Assembly: GCF_002105155.1 (NCBI RefSeq)
Contig: NW_019028994.1
Coordinates: forward strand, 186,001-250,000
Source of the DNA: Lobosporangium transversale
Lineage: Eukaryota
Direction: 5' to 3'
Length of the DNA: 64,000 nucleotides
Part shown: positions 30,045-43,118 of the stretch, piece after piece
Position numbering within the stretch: the stretch's first letter is position 1
Layout of the letters: each line of letters begins with the position of its first letter
The notes under the pieces: model-generated
Database searches by the model: none
Seen by the model: only the letters and a program-made list of their open reading frames with translations
Told to the model about the DNA's origin: nothing
Made by a program: the position numbers and the translations under genes

Positions 30045-32801
30045 AGGAATGAAAATAAAAATAAAAATAAAAACAAAAGCAAAACAAATGCTTGAAAGGT
30101 GACAAAAGTATATAACAATCGTGTCTTTTGAAAAAGAGTCTCAGATGTGTGTGAATCCATTACTTTGGTTCCAAGAGCCCCAAGCGTCCAAAGCGTGATA
30201 TGGTGCGAAAACGAATGAGGATTTGAAACAAACTCACTCACCAGAGTGAGTTTGTGTCGAAGGGAAGGCTCTCTTAACTTGTTCTGTCAATACGCCCCAA
30301 GTCCATAAAAGAAAAAAAAAACTTGGAGCCTTAGACGCCTTTGCTAGAATCCATCTCTGTGAATTTTATCCCTTTCACAATGGTGGTTTCCATTAGGGTC
30401 TACAGCTCAAGAACCGTTCATATTGAAAGGTATAAATATACCCTGGAATTTTTTTTTTTTAAGAAAGGGGATATACATTTGGTTCCTTGAAGTGAAGTTT
30501 ATCTGTCCCCCTTTTGTCATCGTTGTCATTGTAACCATTGTAAACAATCATTGCCGGCACAATCACGCCAAAAAAACATTAACCACTCAGAAGAAAGAAA
30601 ACAAGGGCACATGCTCAGCTCGTTCCTTCGAGCTTTGAACATCTGTCACATTCATGTATTACATTTGACTGACGGTACTGCAACCGTCTCATGAACGAAC
30701 ACAACACCCCGGGGACAGCCAGGACGAGAACAAGGAGAGGATATATATATACGACCTTGTCCTTGAACAAGTAACATTGCTTTATTTTTATTTCTCTGAT
30801 AGTCTGCGTATTGATTACCCCCTTGATGCTCTCTGCTTTTCTTTTTCTTTTCTTTTTTTTGCTTACATAGCAAAGTCGTTAATTGTTGAGTATAGACATG
30901 TGCACATGTGCATGAAAGATTAGAGCAACTAGGCTAGCTTAAACCAAGCAGACTGGGTAAGGATGATGTCCAAGTTTTAGTTCATTTTCCCATCACATTG
31001 AGGGACAGTAGAGTTGATTCGAGAAATACATGATGTAGTCGATGTAGAGATGTGTTAGTGTATGTGTTGTGTAGGATGATAGGATGAGGGATATAAATAT
31101 TGTCCAACAGAGGTAATTGAGTGTATAATTGTCCAGAAGGGACAGGACTAAATTCTGGCATCAAGACAAGGTTGATCACACACATTCAGGCATTGCATTG
31201 GAACATGTCACATACCGCAATCCTCTCTCCCCTTTCACCATTTTGGGGAAACAACAAAAAACAAGGCGATGAAGAGTGAACACATGGCCATGGGATCACC
31301 CTTTTTTTTTCTTTTTTTTTTTTTTGTCATCTGTTTTTGTTTTTTTTTTCTTTCTTGTTTGATGTTCGGGATACTTCATCGTAATCAGGCCTGGTCTTGT
31401 AATTCATTTTTCTCTTTGACTTTCTTTCTTTCTCTCTCTCTCTCCTTTTTCTCCAGAGGTGGGTGCATTTTCCCGTTTGGTTGCACATTTTCCTTCTTCT
31501 TTCCTTCTTTTCTTCCTTCCTCCTTCTCCTCCTCCAAAAAAAAAAAAAGCTGCACATCGAATTGTTTCTTCTTTTTCATTCTTTTCTCTCTCTTTCTCTT
31601 TCCCCCACGTTTTTTTTTTTTTTATATTTTTATTGTTTTTGTATTATTTTCATTCGTCTGCATCATTTCATAATCGTTCATTTCACTTCTTGCCACCACA
31701 ACATCATTCATATCATTCATATCATTCTCTGTTATAAACATTGATTCTGTCCTTTTCTTTCCCCAGCTTTGGTCATCCATTACACGCATCTTCATGCTGT
31801 ATCTGATCAGCCCATCCTTCGTCTTTTAAACATAAACAAGCATTTCCAGGGTGACAAAAAAATAACAACAACCTTCTAATCAACTTGTGTATGTTGACTG
31901 ATTGTTTAAAGTATTATTTATTTTATTTTTTTTATCCTCCTCTTTGCACTTTGTGAACCCATTGTGCCATCATCACATCCGATATCAACCCAGCTTCAGT
32001 TTTTATTTCTTTTGGGTTATGCCATTACTCTGCTTTGTTCCATATTCCTCATGTTCTCTCAATGTTTGTTGATGTCTTTTTGTTTTGCTTCAGCAAAAAA
32101 ACTCGACGCGCCTGATTTGCTCCTCAATCATCCTTCTATTTCTACTTTTCTCTCTCTTTCTCTTTCCCCGTTTCCTCTTTCCCTCTTTCCCTCTTTCCTC
32201 CCTCTTTCCTTCGTCGCTCCTTTTTCTTACAGTCTCTTCATTTTCAATTGTTCATTGTTCCATCAACGTTTAGGCCTCTTTTCTTCAAATAACCTGGACA
32301 TCTTATCTCAGAACCAGTTCGGTTATCTCATTCAAGATCAGCTGTGGTGAGTAGGACGCGACTACAATCGTGAAAAAATAAAAATAAAAAATAAAAAATA
32401 AAAAAGAGAATTGATTGATATGACCGCCTATCAACCCTCCACCAATCATCATTCTCAAAGTTGTCTTGGATACTATCGCTCTATCCTAATCCCAATACAA
32501 ATAAACAGTTGTCTGTAGTCAACAGGACCTGAAAGAACCAGAAGAAAGCTTTTTTACTTTAAAAAAAAAAAAAAATTATACCTCTTTCTAACCTTTGGTT
32601 AAACGATTGTGTGGGCACGGTTGTTCGCGCCATGGCACCCATGCAGAATGTCAAAGTGGCTTTAGGGATTCGTCTTGTTGATCGTAACACTGGACTCGAT
32701 TGTTACATTTCTTACACTCAAGCACCAGCGACACTTTCCATCCAAAGACTTTCACAGACTATAACCCTTACACCATCCAGGTCTCCCCCAATCCAACCAT
32801 C

Positions 32802-35800
32802 ATGACATATCTTCAACAACAGCAGCAACAACCGCCCCCACTACCCCCTTTTGCTCTTCCTTCACAGCAATTCTCGCAGCATCAGCTACACCAGCAGCGA
32901 ATGTATCAGCACAAACAACAGCTGCATCATCAGAGCCAACACCAAAACCGTTTTCAACAACTACAACAGAACCAACAGCAACGAGTCAAGCGCATGGATG
33001 CAGTCTATCCTCATGTTAGGCAGGAATCAGCGGCAAAAGTTGCAGAATACTCTCTTGTCCATCATCTGAATTATCCAGCCGCCATGAAAGCAACAGTGTC
33101 CTCCCTTCAAAGTTCAAAAGACCAAACAAGGGAGGAGCTCACAACTGCAATGCAGAGTCACATGGAGAACCAACCAAAGCTCAGCCAAAACTTACCTCCA
33201 GAGTCCATTCAACCTTCTATCCAATCAAACACACATCATGCGGCTTCAGGCAAGGACGTTGAGGAGAGTGACAACGAAGACTATTATTATGATGATGGTG
33301 AGGATGATGGTGAGGATGATAGTGAGTTCAGCGATGATGAGGACGTAGATGAGGATGAGTATGGAGATCACGATAACGTGGCTCATCATAATAACAATAG
33401 TAATCACAAAAAGCCCGAGCATCCTATCAGGCAGATGAATCCTGACACAATAACAACGGATCGAAACATTAGCAACGGTAGTGCTCAAATGGTACAACAA
33501 GAATTGACTCGACAAATGACTATGGCTGCTGGCGCATGGAAAAAGAATGGCATTGATGAAGCAAAGCATTCTTTGCCCTCCAAAAGCAGCAAAGGCATCA
33601 ATCACCTCAATAGGAGTCCACCTTCAACTCGTAATAATGAGGCATCTATTAAAGGAGCCTCTATCGGAACTTCTGCAGCAACACCAGGCCTTGGAACTGA
33701 AAGAAACAACGAGAGTCGTTTGCCTCACCTATCGAAAGCACAGATGATGCCCTATGTTGGTAATGAGGATGAAGATGAAGATGAAGACGAAGATCAGGAC
33801 GAGGACGAAGACGATGATGGTTATGATGATGAAGATTCAGAGGACTATGATCCCGAAGAGGATGAGGACTATTCATATTCTGAAGATGAAGGCGATGAAG
33901 AAGACGAGGAAGACGAAGATGGGCCGCCTACGGCATATCAATATAGCACACGGGACGGTCCAAGAGCGACAACAGGCATTAAATCCCGCACTGCACAGAC
34001 TGGACATTATTCTCGTGCTCCATACAACCATTATCGACCCCCAAGGCTAGATGAAAATTACCTTAAAAAGCGGGCTATTACCAAACATGTTGTACGTCGG
34101 TCAAGCTTGACCGCATTGTTAGGCGAAGCAACTCAGTCAGAGTCAGATCTTGGGGATCGGACCATCCACCCTTCAATGTCATTGCTTGGACAACATCACC
34201 GACAGAGTGGTCACAACAACCGGCGTCCTGCCCTTTCAGACGTCTGGATACAACATGATCATGATCAAATGATCATGCCTTCGTCAGGCGCTGCAAATAT
34301 GGGTTCAACCGTCACTGCGGACAACCGCAGAGATAGGCAGATTCAGTTGGTTACCAGTCCATTGGTAAATGAGCATCGCAGATCTATGATGGACCGCGCC
34401 ACCACCATCACTTCTGGGGCTCTTTCGTCAAATACAACGTTACAAGATCCTCATCGACCCAGGCGAACGGATTCTGGAGTGGAGGTCAAGCTCTCTCCAC
34501 AGGAACATCGCGGATCTGGTGGCATTGATAGCGGCTCTGACGATCGGCAATCGCGGCAGCTCCAAGATAAGGCCATGACCGATCCATCGTCTCTTTCCTC
34601 GACTGGCCATTCATCCGTTATTGTATCAAGTTCTACTTCATCTTTTGTGGATGCGTCTGCTTGCCAGTCAAGGATAAAGCTTGAGGACAACAGCCTAGGT
34701 AGGGAATCCCCTAGCCCAGGCTCATCTACAGGAACTCATGTAAACCCAACAGGATCATCCAGCTCTGCGAGCGGATCAAACGCTCTTCAATGCACAAAGC
34801 CCCTCAAATCATCCATTAGCTGTCACACTTTCCCTCGTGCTGTTGGGAAAAAGCATGTCTCCTGGCATCACTCACTCTTCCCAACAGAACATGTACTGCG
34901 TGTCAAACCAAGCCTACCAAGCCTATCAAGTGTTGCTGTTGAGTCTGCAAATGCCATTTTATCTCAGCTTCCAAGCATCCCTGTGATGACTAGAGATAGA
35001 GTTGAGGGCTTCCATCAATCTATTAGGAGTCTACGGACGTTATCGAGGATTGAGATTACAAAGATGAGCTACAAACAGCAAGGACGACAAGAGCTTACGT
35101 CTTCTGTGCCAATATCTAAATCTGCTTATGATTCGCTTCCATGGTGGAATCTATCAAGATGGTTCAGAGGTTCCGTTACTATTGATAAAAGACATTGGAA
35201 GGTAAGCAAATCATGACAGGTTATCATCCATCAATATTATCTGAATAGGCCTTTATGACTGCCTGATTCTGTATTAACATAATGCTCATCTAAACATGTT
35301 GTAGCCCGATAGCTCGCGTGAGTCATGCGCTTATTGTTTTGCTCCCTTCCACCGCCTCACTAACCCTCGTCATCACTGCCGTAAGTGTGGGGATTTGTTT
35401 TGTGGCAAATGCGCAAGTGCCGAGATTCTTATGGATGCCAAGAACTGTGTCTATGTACAGCAGTCGCAGCTCGCACGCTGGTCACGAAGAGTAGATCTCC
35501 AGCGACATAGTCTTTGGATCGACACTCTGCCACAACTACACCCTGTCCGAACCGCAGCTGAGTCTGCACTAATAGCAGGGTCAGATGGCCATGGCTCCAT
35601 TGGACATGCGAACGGTCTCAGCGGTGGGGCGGGAACGCTCGGCAGTATAAACATGGGTCACCGTATCAACGGAAGCGGTAGTGGTAATGGCCACAGAAGC
35701 CCCTGGCAATTGGCACCCGGCTCTACCAAAAAATCTCGTCTTAGCATTTTCGGTCTTTTCGGCAATGGAGTGCATGGATCCGCAGCAGGCAACACTGCTT

Positions 35801-36606
35801 CTGACTCTAGAAGGGGGAGCATGGATATCCCAAATACTGAGGGTCATTATGCCAATCCTATGACAGTCACATTTGCCACAGGTAGACGATCCAGTTCATC
35901 ATCCATTCTCAGAAGCGCCACTGGTACTTCTAGTCATTTGTTAATGACGGGTGCAGCACTGGGATCCAATGAGGGTGCATTACCAACGATCGCTATGTCG
36001 CGTAGAATGAGCTCTGGTGGTGTGGGAGAGGTTTGCCTAGCTAGAATTTGTGTAGGATGTGAACGAGAGTTGCTCAAACCTGTTCCGAGATGCAATTCAA
36101 TTGCAAAGTACTATGGATCTGTCAAACCAAGAGGAGGCTATCAACCGCCCATCCATGGCTATTCGAGTCTTGGCCCTCACGCGGGACGCCAGCATGTTGG
36201 CCCTCAACTAAAAGCTCCGTATCTAGTTGAGGACGATATCGATCCGACGGTGACCGGACGCCATGAATACCTTGCCCACGGTGTTCGCCGACACTCTCCT
36301 CTCCGAAAGTCAAGTCATATGGCAGATATAACTGCTCATTGTGACAATGACTCAAGGATGACACCTCACGATCGTCCCAGCGGTAACCCTGCATATTTCA
36401 ACCAAGGTGGAAGAGCCCATCAGAGCCAGGTTCATGGTCAAGGATGTGGTTATGGTCCATGTGCGAACGGTGGATGGGTTTCACAGGGAAACGAAATAGG
36501 GCCACACGGAGAGACGAGATACCATCAGAACATTCTTACCTTTCAGGAGCAACAACTCCATTATACCCAACAGGCAGTAGGCCCGTTCTGTCGTGAAATG
36601 TGCTGA
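32802..36606 (+). CDS. Large low-complexity protein with a C-terminal, insertion-split FYVE zinc finger (2 exons seen)
   Basis: Q-rich and D/E-rich exon. Intron 35202-35304 joins HWK|PDSSRESCAYC...PRHHCRKCGDLFCGKC, with the final ARICVGC ~200 aa later. True start uncertain. Confidence 0.8.
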
Positions 36607-37130
36607 CCTTCAATACTTCAATCTTTATGTTATCATCGCTCGCTACATGTTCCGAGTTCCAAATAAAAAGCATTCACAAACCTTCCTTTGTCCAAGGCAC
36701 CAGAATAGAAGTTTTTATTAGATTTTTTGGTTTTAGTAAAAAAAAAAAAAAAAAAAAAAAAAAAGTGTTTTTGATTAGGCTACCCTTAAGGAAGTAGTCC
36801 GGAATTCAGCGCCACAGCTGTTAAGAAAGTCTTCATGTCTAGAATAGTTCTCTCTTTCTTTTTCAATCAATTTATCAAGAAAAATGTAAATATCACGTGA
36901 TGTTATCCGGATGTGGTGCGAGCAGAGTACAGCTATCCATCGATGGTGACCAAAGGATTCGGGATTGACGATGGCGTGTGAGACGATCCATCCATCATCA
37001 ATAACGACATCAGTGGTTACTTCGCTTGCAGCTTTCATACCAGGGGAAAAGAATGAAAGATGAAGAGATTGATTTGATCTGCTTGAGACATGTCATCTAA
37101 CAACGCTTTGCTTCTCCTTCCCAATAGCAA

Positions 37131-38601
37131 ATGGCTGACGCAGCAACGGCCGATACTCGTGGTGAGTGAAACGACATCAAGCTTTCGGGATCAGTTTAGT
37201 TTGCTTGATTACTTCTTTAAAAAATAATAATAATAATAGTAGAGCAGATCAGACGACCAGCTTACACAGACATACGGGACGGAGGAGTGACAACAATCAA
37301 TTGATAAATACGGGATTGATGATCAATAATAGAGTGAAGGACACAAAGAAGTATTAAAGGAGGATAGATATTGATATCGACATTTAATTTTTCAGGAATA
37401 TGCTCTCGAACACTGCATAATTCCCAATATTGCGAGTTTAGTTCAAGTTTGTGACGCAACAAAGCTGTGTTTATGAAAGGAACATGACCTGGCGATTTCA
37501 AACAATTATACAAACATGAGAGTTTTCATTATATGAATGGAAGAGTCACAGAGATGAGAGACATAAGTCATTGCTGCAGAAGACTTTAAGACTGGAGTGG
37601 CTGTAGATTGCGTCTTTCAATATATCATACATATAACGAATAACAACACTATCAACATGACTTGCAACGTTACAGGAAATACTCGGCTCTAGCACTAAAA
37701 AAAAAAAAAAAAAAAAAGGTGTACAGCATCGGAGAGGAAATAAGACAGGAAGAAGTTCACTATGAAATACCATAAGATAGTCTTCTAAAAAAAATACTGT
37801 TTTCGTTCCTTTTCTTTCTCATGTTCTCCATTTTGTGCAGGACGTGGTGGTTTTGGACGTGGTCGTGGACGTGGTGGTGACCGCGGTCGTGGACGTGGAC
37901 GTGGACGTGGAGGCAAGGATGAGAAGGAGACCTGGACCCCCGTCACCAAGCTTGGACGTCTTGTCAAGGACCGCAAGATCCAGTCGATCGAACAGATCTA
38001 CTTGTTCTCGCTCCCCATCAAGGAGTACCAGATTGTCGACTACTTCTTGCCCTCGCTCAAGGATGAGGTCATGAAGATTATGCCTGTCCAGAAGCAGACC
38101 CGTGCCGGTCAGCGTACCCGCTTCAAGGCCTTCGTTGTCATTGGAGACTCTAACGGCCACGTCGGTTTGGGAGTCAAGTGCTCGAAGGAAGTTGCCACTG
38201 CCATTCGTGGCGCCATCATCTTGGCCAAGCTCTCGGTGATCCCTGTCCGTCGCGGTTACTGGGGTTCGATCTTGAACGAGCCTCACACTGTTCCCTGCAA
38301 GGTTACTGGCAAGTGCGGTTCTGCCGTCACCCGCTTGGTTCCTGCTCCCCGTGGTACCGGTATTGTCGCCGCCCCCGTCCCCAAGAAGCTTCTCCAGCTC
38401 GCTGGTGTCACCGACTGCTACACCCAGGCTTTCGGCTCCACCCGCACCTTGGGCAACTTTGTCAAGGCTACGTTTGCCGCTATTGGTAACACCTACAGCT
38501 ACTTGACCCCCGATCTTTGGACCGAGACCAAGTTCACCATGTCTCCTTACCAGCAGTACACTGACTTCCTTGCCAAGCCTCAGGAGAAGCGTCGCGCTTA
38601 A
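37131..38601 (+). CDS. RPS2: 40S ribosomal protein S2 (uS5), copy A; exons 37131-37161 and 37841-38601
   Basis: [23 protein letters not shown]...[12 protein letters not shown]...[16 protein letters not shown]...[15 protein letters not shown] donor and CAG acceptor. Confidence 0.97.
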
Positions 38602-39203
38602 ACGCACCTAAACGTGCCTTTCTTTTTTTTTTTTTTTATTCCTTGAGACAAAAGTTATTGATTGTTTTTAAAAAAAGATTTTATTAAAGCAATCAAGCAG
38701 CTTTTTTTTTATATACAAAAAAAAAAAGAAAAGGGAAATTAAACGAGCTTGATCTTGTTGCAAATATGATTACTTTTGTTGGATTCACTGTAAAGTTGGA
38801 TTTAGAGGTAAAAGCTCCAATAGTATAGTATTAGATCAACAATGTTTTGAAGCAAGCCCTCAATGCATTGATTCCAAGTTTCCGTGTAAAATGGTAGCAC
38901 AATGTTTCTACTACATATCGGGATTCAAGCCGATCACATTTCATGCTTTTCTCTGTAAGATCCACCCAGATCGTAAACCGAGCAATTGGTCTGAGCCGCT
39001 TTTCTCTTTCGATAAAGAAAGAATATATCTCTCTCTCTCTCTCTAATTTTCTTTTTTCTTTTCGTTTTATCCTATACATCGCACTGACGCACTCTTCTCT
39101 CTATCCATCTACTCATTCCTTCATTCATCTGTTTCGGTCTCATTCGCTGACTCTTCCATTTCGCTTCATTCCACTTCAAGCTACTTTTGTCTTCATCTCA
39201 CCT

Positions 39204-40977
39204 ATGGCACCCAAGGAACACGGCCAAAGCACAACCAACGTGCGCAAAGGGTAGACAGGAATTACTTTTTTAGCAATAAGCAACATTCTCATTCTACTAT
39301 TACATTCTAGGCTCTTGACTTCTAATATTTTCAATATGTTATCGATCGATTCCTCATTAGCTATCAGCTGGACTCGAGTAAGTTGGATCCGTACCTTACA
39401 AAGTCAATCTCTGGTTTTGCTGCCCCCGTCAAGGTCTCACAATTCAAACTGGGTCAAAGCAATCCCACCTACCTTTTGACTGACGCAAAGTAAGGAATAG
39501 TCATCATTTCATTTTAAAGGATTGATGTCTGATATTCGACGCAATGCCAAACAGAGCTCCTACTGAAAAAAAAACTCCTTTAAAAAATTAAAATACAGTA
39601 ATACACGTTATGTCCTCCGCAAGAAGCCAGCTGGTACTCTTTTGTCCTCCACTGCCCATGCAGTCGAGCGAGAGTATAGGATCTTGAAGGCTCTAGGCGA
39701 AAAATCGGACGTCCCCGTACCTAAAGTCTACACTCTCTGTGAAGACTCGTCCATCATTGGAACGCCTTTCTATGTAAGATCTATGATCAGAAACAAGATC
39801 GTAGTTAAGTTCACGATCAAGCTGCTATGTACGCCGTCTTAAGCTTACTTTGCCTTTCTCATTTTGTTTCATCTCACTCAGGTTATGGAGTTCTTGCAGG
39901 GTCGCATCTTTTCAGATGTGACATTGAAAAAGCTTCCTTTTGAGGAACGACGTCTATGGTAAATCTTCATACAAGAAGGATATTACTGCCTATTATCATC
40001 ATTTATCATCATGTTAGTCATACGTATTAACATGCTGATCATTTAATTTATAGCTGGATCTCCGCGATCGACACTCTCGCAAAGTTGCATAAAGTTGATT
40101 ATGTTGCAGTGGGTCTTGAGGGCTATGGCAAACCCAGCGGTTTCTATCCTCGCCAGATTGCGTCACTTTCAAAGGTTTCAGCGGCTCAAGCAGCAGTAAA
40201 AGACGCCGATGGTAAAGAAGTTGGTCCAATCCCTGGCATGGAGGAATTGGCTGCATGGTTCAAGAAGTATGAAGTCAAGGATTCAACCTCGATCGTACAT
40301 GGAGATTATAAGGTAGATTTTATTACCAGCGTTGGCAGCTCGCTTTTTTTTTTTTTTTTTTTTTTTTTTTTTCTCGTGATCCTCAGACTAATTCTCATCT
40401 CACATCAATCACATATAGATGGACAACTTGGTTTTCCACCCAACAGAGCCTCGTGTCATTGGAATCCTTGACTGGGAACTGTCGACAATTGGTCATCCTT
40501 TCTCTGACCTAGCCAATCTTGTCAACCCATACTATGTGCCAGCAATGGATGGCAACCCCATAGGTGGTCTAAAGGGCATCCCAGAGAAAGACTTGCCTAT
40601 CCCACCAGTCGATGTCCTGTTAGAACGGTACTGCCAGCAAACCTCCAGACCCTTCCCAATTGAGAATTGGATGTTCTGCATCGCATTTTCATTCTTCAGA
40701 GTAAGTTCTGGCGTGATTATATCCCGAATATGCACGCGTCCATTAATGCTGATGAATTGCACTTTGAAGCTCTTCCTCAATTGTTACTAACCTGACTTTT
40801 AAATATGTGGATCAGTTGGCGGTGATCTTACACGGCATCAAAGCTCGTGTCGCGCGTGGCCAAGCAAGCTCTGCAGAGGCAATGGTCTATGCTGCCCTAG
40901 TGGATTCAGTTGCGGAACTTGCTATGGATATCGCACATGAAGAAGAAGCAAAAAATAGTCCCAAATCCAAGCTCTAA
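39204..40977 (+). CDS. APH/choline-kinase-like phosphotransferase (ACAD10/11 kinase-domain-like), multi-exon
   Basis: [70 protein letters not shown]-terminal -SKL suggests PTS1 peroxisomal targeting. Confidence 0.88.
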
Positions 40978-41944
40978 TGAACAGGACATTTATGCTATGT
41001 AAAAAAATAAAAATAAAAAAATAAAATAAGAACATTTGAAATACATTTGTACACATCAAATATCCGAATTACAATGATGATTTTATTCTCTTAAGATTGA
41101 ATCGTTGCATTACTGTTAAAATGCACTCGATTGAGTGATAGCCATAGAGCAATGTGTCTCTATAAAGATACAGTTGTTATTGCTAACTAGATCGCTGTTT
41201 GCACTACAATCATTTGAGAGTCTAGGAGCACCATTTCCTGATTGTGGTGGGAGGAAGTTTATACGGACTGCAAATAATTTAATATCAGAGAAGGAGGATA
41301 ATCACGCCGGAAACAGCTACTTCAATGAAGCAATAACCATGGGAATGAAAAAAAAAAAAAAAAAAAAAAAAAAATCTATGGCAATACATTTGGATAAACC
41401 AACGCTAACATGTAACGTTTGATCTCAGAACGTATCATTGCTTAAAACACACCGTTGCAAAATGTCAGCCAAGGCGTTAGCTTGGGGGGCACCTGATGAG
41501 GAGTGTATTTTTATAGTACAATTCACTGTAAGCACGAGTGGATAAGCTAAAATGGTGCCAGCCTTGTTACTTCTTTAAAATTCATGTCCGTGAAGGTTCA
41601 AGTCTGATCATACGCCAAAAGGACAGCAGCATGTGTTGTGCTGTGAAACCATTCTTGTTACGCGCTCTAGATCATTTCATAGTGGTCGTAACTCAAAAAA
41701 AAAAAAGAAAAGAAAAGAAAACGAGCAGTAGCGACAGCAGTAAGAGAAGTCATGGTGATTCTACGCGCATCGTATAAAAGGACACTATCCTTTTTTTTTC
41801 TTCGGTATCGCCTTTGCTCTTCAGGTCTTTCCAGCTTCGCGAACACAGCAACATCTATCCCAAGGCTTTTTTTTTTTTTTTTTTTTGCTTCATCTTTATT
41901 ATCTTTATTATTTTGCAAAAAAATAAAAAAAAATAAAAAAAAAA

Positions 41945-43087
41945 ATGGCAACAGTAAGAACATACTATGATCCCTCTATTGAATATACGTTGATGAGGGG
42001 AGACTCTGGACATCGCTTCCGGAAAATCGTAAAGATTTCAGGCGTCCTTTCGATTTTTATGGTGATCTCAGTTCTGATCGCGTTACTTTTTTATGGCGCC
42101 AAACCCACCAGTTCATCCTCTGATAAGGACTTTGAATGGATTCGTCAACGACTGGGTACCAAGACTCCTTACCCTCATGAGGATAGGCCCGAGGGCCCAT
42201 TAAAGGATACACCTAAAGGATATGAACTCGTTCAACTTCATTTGGTACTTTTTTTTATTTTTGGTTATAATGAGCTATGAATTTATTCTTCGTGCTATCA
42301 CGATAATTACAAACGCAAAATAACGTTCCCTCGATATTCGTTGATTCCTCATAAACCAGATCAATAGACATGGTAATTTATTCCAATTCAATGGCGTTAC
42401 AATGATCAGATACTTGAAAAAACTATTCATGATGAAATAACATTTTTTTTTTTTGTTGCCAGGAACGAGATACCCAGACCCCGATGACTACGTTAGTTTT
42501 AAGGATTTGTGGGACAAACTCAGTGACACAACTGTACCAGGCTTCGAATGGATCAAAACTTGGGTAAGAGAAAAACACGAAGTCAGATATGTTGTCTTAT
42601 CACAACTAATCTTAAACTAAGATATATACTCTTTTTTTTTTTTTTTTTTTTTCTTTCTTTCTACAGTCAATAGAGAAATTTTATCCCGCTGCAAAAAGTA
42701 ATCTTCTCGCTTCCTCCGGTGATGCTGACCTCTACGAGATTGGTCGTCGCTTCTCGAGACGTTATAAAGACTTCTTGGACAGGTACCCTTACGATCCCTA
42801 CAACTTTGAATTCCGAAGTTCTGTCAAGCCGAGGAGCAGCCAGTCGGCCTATGCTTTCGCGCTCGCTCTCTTTGAAGACCGGCCACCCGGTGGCGATAAC
42901 GGCGACGATGCTGATGACGATGACAAAGGCCATCATCGTTCTACTAAAGAGAAGCGGCTTACTTTGCCTCCTTCCCAGCCTATCGCTATTTATACTGTGC
43001 CAGCGGTATGTCGTCTTCTACTTGCTTAAGCTGGGTATCAAGACTGACATATAGAGGTATCTCCAATGCCCCTGTACTGAATAGTCC

Positions 43088-43118
<31 letters not shown>

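Noticed and set aside
37819..38607. 262-aa antisense ORF over RPS2 (also 60599-61402, and antisense ORFs over GFA1 and LysM genes)
   Set aside because: Shadow ORFs caused by strong codon bias of the sense genes. No independent motifs.
37131..40977. RPS2 duplicate next to an 'aminoglycoside phosphotransferase' as an antibiotic self-resistance cluster
   Set aside because: The APH protein has ACAD10/11-type motifs and a -SKL peroxisomal signal. The RPS2 and GFA1 copies show no resistance-type substitutions in the compared regions, and no biosynthetic core gene is present.
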